Of a DNA stretch of 64,000 nt, positions 56,375-64,000 are shown in pieces (position 1 is the stretch's first letter; each line of letters opens with the position of its first letter). The notes below the pieces were generated by a model. The model was given only the letters and a program-made list of their open reading frames with translations. It was not told the DNA's origin and did no database searches. The stretch comes from an uncultured Gemmatimonadales bacterium (GTDB lineage Bacteria > Gemmatimonadota > Gemmatimonadetes > Gemmatimonadales > GWC2-71-9): contig CAVYSW010000009.1 in NCBI GenBank assembly GCA_963771275.1, positions 288,001-352,000 on the forward strand, read 5' to 3'. Position numbers and translations under genes: made by a program.

Positions 56375-57463
56375 ATGCCGACGCTCGCCGATCTCCCCAC
56401 ACCGGCGCTGCTGCTCGATGTCGACCGGCTGGAGGCGAATCTGTCCCGGATGGCGCTGCGGTGCGACGCGCTCGACGTGGCGCTTCGCCCACATCTCAAG
56501 ACCCACAAGTGCGTCGAGGTCGCCGAGCGCCAGCGCCGGCACGGGGCCCGCGGCGCCACGGTCTCGACGCTGTACGAGGCCCGGGTCTTTGCCGACCACG
56601 GCTTCGACGACATCACCTGGGCGTTCCCCTTCATTCCTTCCCGCTTCGAGGAAGCGCGCCGACTCGCCGAGCGCATCACGCTGCGGATCACGCTGGACGC
56701 GCCGGAGACGCTCGCAATGCTCGAGGCCGCCGGGTTCCCGTTCCACGTCTGGCTCAAGATCGATTGCGGCTATCATCGGGCTGGGCTCGATCCCGCCGCC
56801 CCGGCGACGCTGGGTCTCGCCCGGCGCCTCGCCGCCTCCCCCACCCTGGTGCTCGACGGTCTGCTGACGCATTCCGGTCACGCCTACCATGCGGGGAGTC
56901 GCGCCGACCTCCAGCGCATCGCCGAGCAGGAACGACACGCCGTCGCCGAGCTGCGGGCGCGCCTCGCGCGCGAGGGCATCGACGTGGCCGCGTCCGTGGG
57001 GTCCACGCCCGCGATGTCCGCCGTCGCGAGCCTCGCGGGCGTGCAGGAGGCCCGGCCCGGGAACTACGCGTTCTACGACGGGATGCAGGTAGGGATCGGC
57101 TCGTGCGCCGCGACCGATTGCGCGGTGACGGTCCTTGCCACGGTCGTGTCGTCCCAGCCGCGCGCGGCCCATTGCGTCGTGGATGCCGGGGCGCTGGCTC
57201 TATCGAAGGATACGGCCCCGCAGCTCGCCGCTGCCGGGTTCGGCACCGTGTACGACGACTACGCGTCAGGCACCCTGCTCTCGGGCGCCCGGCTCAGCGG
57301 GCTGAGCCAGGAGCACGGCACGCTGATCCCACGGCTCCCGGTCGGCACGCGCGTGCGTATCCTCCCCAATCACTCGTGCCTCACCGTCGCATGCTTCGAC
57401 GAGTACCATGTCGTCCGGGGCGATGCGGTCGTGGATCACTGGAAGATCTGGCGCGGGCGGTGA
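56375..57463 (+). CDS. PLP-dependent D-threonine aldolase / D-serine dehydratase (DSD1) family enzyme
   Basis: LPTPALLLD, RPHLKTHK, HRAG, HSGHAY, GSTP, RPGNYAFYD, SQEHG, PNHSC. Confidence 0.92.
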   Translation: MPTLADLPTPALLLDVDRLEANLSRMALRCDALDVALRPHLKTHKCVEVAERQRRHGARGATVSTLYEARVFADHGFDDITWAFPFIPSRFEEARRLAERITLRITLDAPETLAMLEAAGFPFHVWLKIDCGYHRAGLDPAAPATLGLARRLAASPTLVLDGLLTHSGHAYHAGSRADLQRIAEQERHAVAELRARLAREGIDVAASVGSTPAMSAVASLAGVQEARPGNYAFYDGMQVGIGSCAATDCAVTVLATVVSSQPRAAHCVVDAGALALSKDTAPQLAAAGFGTVYDDYASGTLLSGARLSGLSQEHGTLIPRLPVGTRVRILPNHSCLTVACFDEYHVVRGDAVVDHWKIWRGR

Positions 57464-57538
57464 GCGGGAGGACGGTCAGGCAATCCCTGCCCCGCGCGCC
57501 GCTGGGAGGGGCGGATCCGGAACCAGGGGAGGCGCCGG

Positions 57539-58909
57539 TCACGCCCCGCGCGCGCGAACCGCGCGCGCCCCCGCCATCCCCGACCCGGCAAGGAGCCACA
57601 ACAGCGCCGTCATCACCGCGGCCGACGCGAGACACCATGCGCACACGGCCCCGATCACGAAGGGCTCGAGCACCGTCAGCACCACCGACCCCGCCGTGCC
57701 GCTGAGGGCCAGCAGGAACGCGACCACCGCGGCCCAGTCACCAGTCCGCCCGCGACCGGCGCGAGCCGTTGCCCACGCCGTGAGTATCCCGAGATACCAG
57801 ACGAGACCGATCACCGCCACCGGTACGACACCGAGAAGGCGGGCGTACGGGCTATGCTGGACCGCATTACAGTCGCCGACGGGACCGCACACCGCCGTGG
57901 CGCCGGTGGTCTCGACGTACGTGAGATAGGCCGCGATCGCCACGCCGGCCAGCACGAGGAGCGGCACGGCCGCCCTGGTCGCCGGAGCGCCCCACGCCGG
58001 CACGCGCACGCCGATCCAGATCAGGCTCGCGAGCATGGCCACGATCAGCGCCAACGCAGCCACCGTGCCGATCGGATCGACCTGGAGCGTTTGCAGCAGG
58101 ACCATCCCCTGCCCAGCGCCGAGTGCGTTCGGCGGCACTGCCGATGTGGGAGCCGGGGCGGCTGGGGGCCCCGCACGACCCACGGCGATGCTCTCCGGTT
58201 GAGGGAGAGCGGGGACGGCGGCGGCCGGGGCTCGCGCGGAGTCCGCGTCGCGGGGGGGGGCCCTCCGGGGCTGGGCTGCGCGCGCCGCCGAGTCGCGCAC
58301 GACGGCGCTGGGTTGGGCCGGGGCCGCTCCGGACGCCGAGTCGGCACGCGGGCGCCCGCCGCTGTCGCGGCGCACCGTTGCCGAGTCACGGGCCGCTACC
58401 CCCAGCGGGCTCCCGAGTCCGGGGTCGTATCCCGGAGGGAAGACCTCGACCAGACCGCCGATCGCCGGCCAGGGAATCCCACCCGCCGCCAGTCCCCTCC
58501 TGATGATCCCCGGAAACCGCTCGGGGATCTCCAGCGACCCGACGAGCACGCTGTCCCCGCAGAGCAGCCGGGGCACTCCCTGCCGCTCGGCCGGAATCGC
58601 GAACGCTTGGGTCACCCGGTCGTACAGCTCGCGGCCGGCCGGCTCCGTCGTGTTCACCAGCAGCAGCGCGAGCGACTGGTTCACCAGCACGTGTCCGGCG
58701 CTTCCCTGGTAGAAGCGCGGTTCGCTCCCGACCGCCGCGAAGATGCCCGGCAGGTCTTCCTGGATCACCGTGTGGCAGTGGGGACACGTGGGCGAGTAGA
58801 ACAGGATGGCCCGTGCGACGCTCCCCTGTGCGGGAAGCGCAGTCGGCAGGGACACCGCGCCCGGCAGCCACACGAGACTCACGCTCAGCATCATCGACCG
58901 TCGAATCAT
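57539..58909 (-). CDS. Thioredoxin-like domain fused N-terminally to a VKOR domain
   Basis: Signal-like N-terminus; FYSPTCPHC; long Pro/Ala linker; VKOR loop CGPVGDCNAVQHSPYA and redox motif CAWC. Confidence 0.88.
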   Translation of the reverse strand: MIRRSMMLSVSLVWLPGAVSLPTALPAQGSVARAILFYSPTCPHCHTVIQEDLPGIFAAVGSEPRFYQGSAGHVLVNQSLALLLVNTTEPAGRELYDRVTQAFAIPAERQGVPRLLCGDSVLVGSLEIPERFPGIIRRGLAAGGIPWPAIGGLVEVFPPGYDPGLGSPLGVAARDSATVRRDSGGRPRADSASGAAPAQPSAVVRDSAARAAQPRRAPPRDADSARAPAAAVPALPQPESIAVGRAGPPAAPAPTSAVPPNALGAGQGMVLLQTLQVDPIGTVAALALIVAMLASLIWIGVRVPAWGAPATRAAVPLLVLAGVAIAAYLTYVETTGATAVCGPVGDCNAVQHSPYARLLGVVPVAVIGLVWYLGILTAWATARAGRGRTGDWAAVVAFLLALSGTAGSVVLTVLEPFVIGAVCAWCLASAAVMTALLWLLAGSGMAGARAVRARGA

Positions 58910-59023
58910 CCAGCGCCTCCGGGGACGTCCCACGTAAAGTAGCCGCGCGCCTGGCTGCGCGGCGGTTCGCTGCCCGCCCATCTCACCAGTATCTTGCCTG
59001 GTGTCCCCAACCACCACGCGGTC

Positions 59024-59779
59024 ATGGACGACGCCTCTCGCCTGCTCTGGATCGTCCCCTTCAGCCTGCTGGGCAGTGTCGGCGCGGTGACGCTGTCCGC
59101 CGTCCTGCTGCTCGTCCGGGCGCCGACGCGCGCGCGCCTCGTGCCGCCGCTCGTGAGCTATGCGGCCGGAACCCTCCTGGGAGCCGCGCTGCTCGGCCTG
59201 CTCCCGGAAGCCCTGCATGCGGCCCGGCCGGAAGCGGTCTTGCCGGTCACGCTCGCCGGGATCGTGCTGTTCTTCATCCTGGAGCGCACGCTGATCTGGC
59301 GTCATTGCCACGAGGAAGGGTGCGAGCGCCACTCCACGGCGGGCTCCCTGGTCCTCATCGGCGACGGGTTCCACAATCTCACCGACGGGATCATCATCGC
59401 CACGGCGTTCCTCGTCTCCGTCCCCCTGGGCATCGGGACCTCGCTCGCCGTCATCATCCACGAGATTCCGCAGGAGATCGGTGATTTCGCCCTGCTGCTG
59501 GACTCAGGCTACCGACCCCGCTCGGCATTCCTGTGGAATGCGCTCTCGGCCGCGGCCACGCTTCCCGGGGCCGTGGGCGGCTACTACCTGCTCGCACCGC
59601 TTCGCACGGCGGTACCCTACGTCATGGCGCTCTCGGCGGCGAGCTTCCTGTACATCGCCATGGCCGATCTGATGCCCCACCTCCACCAACGGGGCAGAGA
59701 CCAGCGCTTCGCGCTCCAGGTCACGTTGATGGCCGCGGGAATCGGCACGATCGTCCTCGTGCGGACCCTGTCGAGGTGA
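59024..59779 (+). CDS. ZIP family divalent metal transporter
   Basis: AAGTLLG..LLPEA, HCH loop, GDGFHNLTDG, HEIPQEIGDF, FLYIAMADLMP. Confidence 0.94.
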   Translation: MDDASRLLWIVPFSLLGSVGAVTLSAVLLLVRAPTRARLVPPLVSYAAGTLLGAALLGLLPEALHAARPEAVLPVTLAGIVLFFILERTLIWRHCHEEGCERHSTAGSLVLIGDGFHNLTDGIIIATAFLVSVPLGIGTSLAVIIHEIPQEIGDFALLLDSGYRPRSAFLWNALSAAATLPGAVGGYYLLAPLRTAVPYVMALSAASFLYIAMADLMPHLHQRGRDQRFALQVTLMAAGIGTIVLVRTLSR

Positions 59780-59888
59780 CTGCCGCATCGGTCACCACCG
59801 ACCCGGTCCCGCATGCCGTGGTGGCGATGTGACCTCCGCGACTGAACGGGGGTATCCGCTGCACAGCGAAGCCTCGATGGAGGCACCA

Positions 59889-61133
59889 ATGGTCCCGGTC
59901 CGTCGTACTCTGGCTCTGGCGCTCCTGGCGAGCGCCGCGGTGGCGTGCGGTGACGGCCCCGCTGGCCCTATTACCGACCTCCCCCGTCCCCTCACCAGCG
60001 GCGAAGCGCAGCTCGTCGCGGCCGACAACGGCTTCGCCTTTCGCCTGCTCGGCACGATCGCCGCGGCGGATGCGGGCGCCAACCTGTTCATCTCGCCGCT
60101 CAGCGTCGGCATGGCGCTCGGTATGGCCTACAACGGCGCGGCCGGCGGGACGGCGGACGCGATGCGGCTGACGCTCGGCTTCGATGGCCTCACGCAGGAC
60201 GAGATCAACACCTCCTATCGCAGCCTGATCGACCTGTTGCGCGGTCTCGACCCCAGTGTCGAGTTCGCCATCGCCAACTCCGTGTGGTACCGGCCGGACT
60301 TCGCCCTCGATTCCGCGTTCCTCGATCGCACGGAGCGCTACTTCGATGCGGCGGTGCGTCCGCTCGATTTCGCGAGCCCCGACGCCGCGCCGACGATCAA
60401 TCGATGGGTCTCCGACGCGACCCACGCGAGGATCACGGAGATCGTCGATTCCCCGATCCCGCCCGATGCCATCGCGTACCTGATCAACGCGATCTACTTC
60501 AAGGGCAGCTGGACTTCTCAGTTCCCGCGCGACGCCACGCGCCCCGGGCCGTTCCACCGGGCCGATGGGACCAGCCGGGACGTGCCGATGATGCGGACCC
60601 CGGAGCCGATTCCCGTGCGGCACGCGTGGACGGGCGCCGCGGAGGTGCTCGACCTGCCCTATGGTGGGGGCGCCTACAGCATGACGATCGTGTTGCCGGC
60701 CGCCGGCGTAGCGCTCGATTCGATGGTGGGCACGCTGACCCAGGCGCAATGGGACGGCTGGATCGGCGCGCTCGACTCGACGGCGCTGCTCGTCACCATG
60801 CCCAAGTTTCAGCTCGAGTACGAGAAGTCCCTGGTGGACGCGCTCGAGGTGCTCGGCATGAAGGTGGCCTTCTGTCGCAACATCCCGGCCTTCAGCCCGG
60901 ACTTCACGGCCATGTACCCGCCGGGTGGCGCGTGCATCAGCAACGTCAAGCACAAGACGTGGGTTGACGTGAACGAGGAGGGCACCGAGGCCGCGGCTGT
61001 GACATCGGTGGAGGTGGGAGTCACGAGCGCCCCGCCGAGCATCACCGTCGATCGGCCGTTCCTGTTCGCGATCCGCGAGCGCCTGTCGGGCACGATCCTG
61101 TTCATCGGGGCGATCGCCGACCCGGGCGCGTGA
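59889..61133 (+). CDS. Serpin family protease inhibitor, lipoprotein
   Basis: SD GGAGG, lipobox AVAC; NLFISPLS, LINAIYFKGSW, MPKF, hinge VNEEGTEAAAVT, DRPFLFAIRE. Confidence 0.96.
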   Translation: MVPVRRTLALALLASAAVACGDGPAGPITDLPRPLTSGEAQLVAADNGFAFRLLGTIAAADAGANLFISPLSVGMALGMAYNGAAGGTADAMRLTLGFDGLTQDEINTSYRSLIDLLRGLDPSVEFAIANSVWYRPDFALDSAFLDRTERYFDAAVRPLDFASPDAAPTINRWVSDATHARITEIVDSPIPPDAIAYLINAIYFKGSWTSQFPRDATRPGPFHRADGTSRDVPMMRTPEPIPVRHAWTGAAEVLDLPYGGGAYSMTIVLPAAGVALDSMVGTLTQAQWDGWIGALDSTALLVTMPKFQLEYEKSLVDALEVLGMKVAFCRNIPAFSPDFTAMYPPGGACISNVKHKTWVDVNEEGTEAAAVTSVEVGVTSAPPSITVDRPFLFAIRERLSGTILFIGAIADPGA

Positions 61134-61139
61134 CCCGCT

Positions 61140-61165
61140 TCGTGGCGCCGGGCCGGGCGCCGCGA
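61140..61165. terminator. GC-rich hairpin between the convergent serpin and amidohydrolase genes
   Basis: TCGTGGCGCC-N6-GGCGCCGCGA; no U-tract. Confidence 0.3.
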
Positions 61166-61169
61166 CACC

Positions 61170-62813
61170 CTAGAGGCGGCGGCGGTAGACGACCGCCCCC
61201 CCCACCATCGTCAGGTCCACCGGCACGCGCTCGATCTGGACCGGATCGATGGTGAGAATGTCCTCCGCCAGCACGACGAGATCGGCGTACTTCCCGACCG
61301 CGATCGTCCCCAGCACGCCCTCGAGGTAGTCGGCGTACGCGTTGCTGCGCGTGTACGCCGTGAGCGCCTCCTCCACGCTGATCTTCTGCTGCGGCAGCCA
61401 ACCGTCAGGATTGGCCCCGTCGAGGGTCCGGCGCGTCACCGCCGCATAGATGCCGTACAGCGGATCGAGCGGCGCCACCGTCCAGTCACTGCCGAAGGTG
61501 AGGCGCGCCCCCGCATCGAGCAGACTGCGGAAGGCGTAAGCGCCCTTGAGCCGCTCGGGGCCGATGCGTCTGACCGCCCAGCGACCGTCGTCGATGGCAT
61601 GATACGGCTGCATCGAGGGGATCACGCCTTCCTGCCCGATCCGCCGAATCGCGTCGGGAGTGAGGTGCTGCGCGTGCTCGATGCGGAATCGCTGGTTGGC
61701 GTTGTGGTTTCGCTTGGTGGCCTCCGCGTACACGCCAAGGAGCCAGTCGTTGGCGCGGTCGCCGATCGCGTGCACCACCACCTGGAGTCCCGCCGAGTCG
61801 GCACTCAGGATCTGGGCGCGCAGCTCGGCTGTGTCGGTCACGGTGAGACCCGTGGTATTGGGCGCATCGTCATACGGCTGATAGAACCAGGCGGTCGTCG
61901 AGCCCAGCGAGCCGTCCACGAAGCCCTTGGCGGCGCCCCACGCCAACCGATGGTCCCCCCGCCCGTGGCGCCCGATGTACTGCGCGAGGCGAGGCCATGT
62001 GGCGATCGGCACCGCGGCGTACACCCTGAGCGGCAGCCGGCCGGCCGCCGCAGCACGCCGATACGTCTCCAGACCGGCCCAGGTCCCCATGTCGGTCACG
62101 TGGGTGACGCCGCGCTCGACCGCGTAGCGCGCCGCCGCATCGAGCGCGCGGTCCAGCTCGGCCTCGGTCGGCTCCGGGATCGCGGCGAACACGAGTCCCT
62201 GCGCCTCGTCCTTCAGGATGCCGGTCGGCCGGCCCGCGGCGTCCCGCACGATCGTGCCGCCCGGTGGATCGCGGGTCTCGGCGGTGACCCCGGCGAGCGC
62301 CAAGGCCCGGCTGTTGGCCAGCCCCATGTGCCCGTCGAGACGGCTCACGAACACCGGGGTTTCTCCCGTGACCGAGTCGATCCAATCGCGCCGGGGCAGG
62401 TCCCCGCCCCACAGCTCGTGATCCCAGGTCCCTCCCTGCACCCAGGAGTCCGGGTGCAGCCGCACGAACTCGGCGATCCGCCGGATGAACTCCTGCGGCG
62501 TGGCGGCGTCGCGCAGCTGCACCCCCGCCAGCTCGAACCCGCCGGAAATGAAGTGGGTGTGGTTGTCGATCAGGCCCGGGACCAGGAGCCGCCCGTCGAG
62601 CGCGATCCGCTCCGTCCGAGGGCCGGCCATCCGGGAAATGGCCGCATCGTCCCCCACCCCTACGATCCGCCCATCTCGAACGGCCACCGCGCTGGCGGTG
62701 GCACCCGTTCCCGTCCAGACCTTGCCGCCCACGAACACGGTATCCGCCGGTTTCACGCATCCGCTTGCGGCCATGACCACCCCCAGCAGCGCCAAGCGCC
62801 TGACTGTCGCCAT
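61170..62813 (-). CDS. Amidohydrolase 3 family (YtcJ-like) lipoprotein
   Basis: Lipobox ASGC; PGLIDNHTH, DGHMGLANS, KGFVDGSLGS, HAIGDRAN, RIEHAQ, FGSDW. Confidence 0.93.
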   Translation of the reverse strand: MATVRRLALLGVVMAASGCVKPADTVFVGGKVWTGTGATASAVAVRDGRIVGVGDDAAISRMAGPRTERIALDGRLLVPGLIDNHTHFISGGFELAGVQLRDAATPQEFIRRIAEFVRLHPDSWVQGGTWDHELWGGDLPRRDWIDSVTGETPVFVSRLDGHMGLANSRALALAGVTAETRDPPGGTIVRDAAGRPTGILKDEAQGLVFAAIPEPTEAELDRALDAAARYAVERGVTHVTDMGTWAGLETYRRAAAAGRLPLRVYAAVPIATWPRLAQYIGRHGRGDHRLAWGAAKGFVDGSLGSTTAWFYQPYDDAPNTTGLTVTDTAELRAQILSADSAGLQVVVHAIGDRANDWLLGVYAEATKRNHNANQRFRIEHAQHLTPDAIRRIGQEGVIPSMQPYHAIDDGRWAVRRIGPERLKGAYAFRSLLDAGARLTFGSDWTVAPLDPLYGIYAAVTRRTLDGANPDGWLPQQKISVEEALTAYTRSNAYADYLEGVLGTIAVGKYADLVVLAEDILTIDPVQIERVPVDLTMVGGAVVYRRRL

Positions 62814-63088
62814 GAGTCCCTCCGCGCAGGAAGATCACCCGCCGTACCAGAGGTCGCCACGGTCGGGTTCACGACTGCATGTCACCGGGGCCACGCCCGG
62901 CCGCTCGCCCGTGCCCACGGATCATGGTCAACGATACGTGAGTAATCACTTGCAGTGCTCCGTCAAGGAAAACCGGCCCAGAATGCACCTTTCGCTCCAT
63001 TGGCTTCGTGAGCATAACGCGTTGTAATGACGACAGTTGCGATGCAATGGCTACCGCGTTCGCCGGGGACCAAGTACCTTGGAGGTCG

Positions 63089-64000
63089 ATGCCTTCGCCG
63101 CCGTTGTACGGACATGATCGCCTGGTCAGCCGGCTGGGAGCCGCCATGGCGTCCGGCCGGTTTCCGCAGGCGCTGCTGTTTGCCGGTCCTCCCGGGGTCG
63201 GGAAGCAGCGGCTCGCGTTGTGGGTGGCCCAGGCGTTGCTGTGCGAGCGCGGTTTTGGGGCACCGTGCGGGACCTGCCCGGACTGCCGTCAGGTCCTGGA
63301 CCTGGCGCATCCGGATCTTCACTGGTTCGTGCCGATCCCCCGGCCCAAGGCCGCCGACCCGGCAAAACAGATGGAGGAAGCCCGCGAGCTGATTGGCGAG
63401 GCGATGGCCGAGCGCCGGACGGGCAGGCCCTACCGCCGCCCCGACGGCCTGGCGAGCCATGGCTTGGCGTCCGTCCGGGTCCTGCAGCGGGTCGTGGGAC
63501 TGACCCCGTTCCGCGGGCGCCGCAAGGTGATCATCCTGGGTGACGCGGAGCGCCTGGTGGTGCAGGACGCGAGCCCGGAAGCGGCCAATGCGCTGCTCAA
63601 GGTGCTGGAGGAGCCACCGGCGGACACCACGCTGATCCTGACGGCCGCCGAGCCGCAGACGCTGCTCCCGACGATCCGCTCGCGGCTCGTCACGGTCCGC
63701 ATCGGACCGGTCGGCGACGACGTGGTGCGACAGTTTCTGACCCGCGAGCTAGCCCCGCCGCCAGCCGGGCGGGCGCTCGAGCGGCGCGTGACGTTGGCGG
63801 AGGGGCTGATCGGTCGCGCGCTGTGGATGGACGACGATGGAGCGGATGGCGCGGACACCCAGGCCAGGTCCTTCCTCGCCGCGGTCCAGGCGGGGCCGGA
63901 GCGCTGGACGCCCCTGGTGCTGGCGCAGCCCCCGTGGGGTGCGCGTGGAGGGTACGGGGCAATGCTGGACGCTCTCGCCATGGCCCTGCGTCAGTCGCTG
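63089..64000 (+). CDS. holB: DNA polymerase III delta-prime subunit (runs off the window end)
   Basis: Manual translation from ATG 63089 (SD GGAGG): QALLFAGPPGVGK, LLCE..PCGTCPDC..HPDLH, AANALLKVLEEPP, LLPTIRSR. Confidence 0.92.
   Translation, partial: MPSPPLYGHDRLVSRLGAAMASGRFPQALLFAGPPGVGKQRLALWVAQALLCERGFGAPCGTCPDCRQVLDLAHPDLHWFVPIPRPKAADPAKQMEEARELIGEAMAERRTGRPYRRPDGLASHGLASVRVLQRVVGLTPFRGRRKVIILGDAERLVVQDASPEAANALLKVLEEPPADTTLILTAAEPQTLLPTIRSRLVTVRIGPVGDDVVRQFLTRELAPPPAGRALERRVTLAEGLIGRALWMDDDGADGADTQARSFLAAVQAGPERWTPLVLAQPPWGARGGYGAMLDALAMALRQSL

Noticed and set aside
62814..63088. Structured ncRNA or riboswitch in the AT-richer amidohydrolase/holB intergenic region
   Set aside because: Only an imperfect CCATTG..CAATGG pairing is visible and no known aptamer motif was recognised; divergent promoters explain the composition. 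An Rfam/Infernal scan would settle it.

Overview
A very GC-rich bacterial chromosomal segment made mostly of core genes; gene content and order suggest Gemmatimonadota, which is my inference and is unverified. It holds about 53 CDS and one tRNA-Asn(GTT), and I found no CRISPR array, integrase, transposase or prophage. In order, the blocks are: (1) a minus-strand run DUF58, BatA/vWA, mfd, two PPIases, pdxA, CDF transporter, typA; (2) a secreted DUF4384-like protein behind a predicted sigma54/IHF promoter; (3) five exported peptidases/hydrolases; (4) a tightly coupled 9-gene operon of lepA, ROK kinase, PfkB kinase, STAS-GHKL kinase, STAS-wHTH protein, Cys/Met lyase, ftsE, ftsX and envC; (5) a TetR-controlled TolC/HlyD/ABC exporter; (6) pcm, a beta-barrel protein and two matrixin-like lipoproteins, then pckA and an HD hydrolase; (7) FHA protein and PP2C; (8) uvrA, a MOT1-type transporter, the tRNA, a ClC, a DES1-like desaturase and Hsp20; (9) M24 peptidase, PLP aldolase, Trx-VKOR, ZIP, serpin, amidohydrolase and holB. 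Five signals stand out. First, an AT-rich heptamer palindrome sits in frame inside pdxA, and its single stem mismatch removes an in-frame stop; related 7-mer/9-mer arrays occur elsewhere. Second, a sigma-less partner-switch-like kinase plus STAS-wHTH pair is coupled to two sugar kinases and ftsEX-envC. Third, there is a eukaryote-like sphingolipid delta-4 desaturase. Fourth, the paired metzincins have Glu where the third Zn-binding His is expected. Fifth, the ClC has non-canonical selectivity residues. All calls come from reading motifs by eye; no database searches were run.
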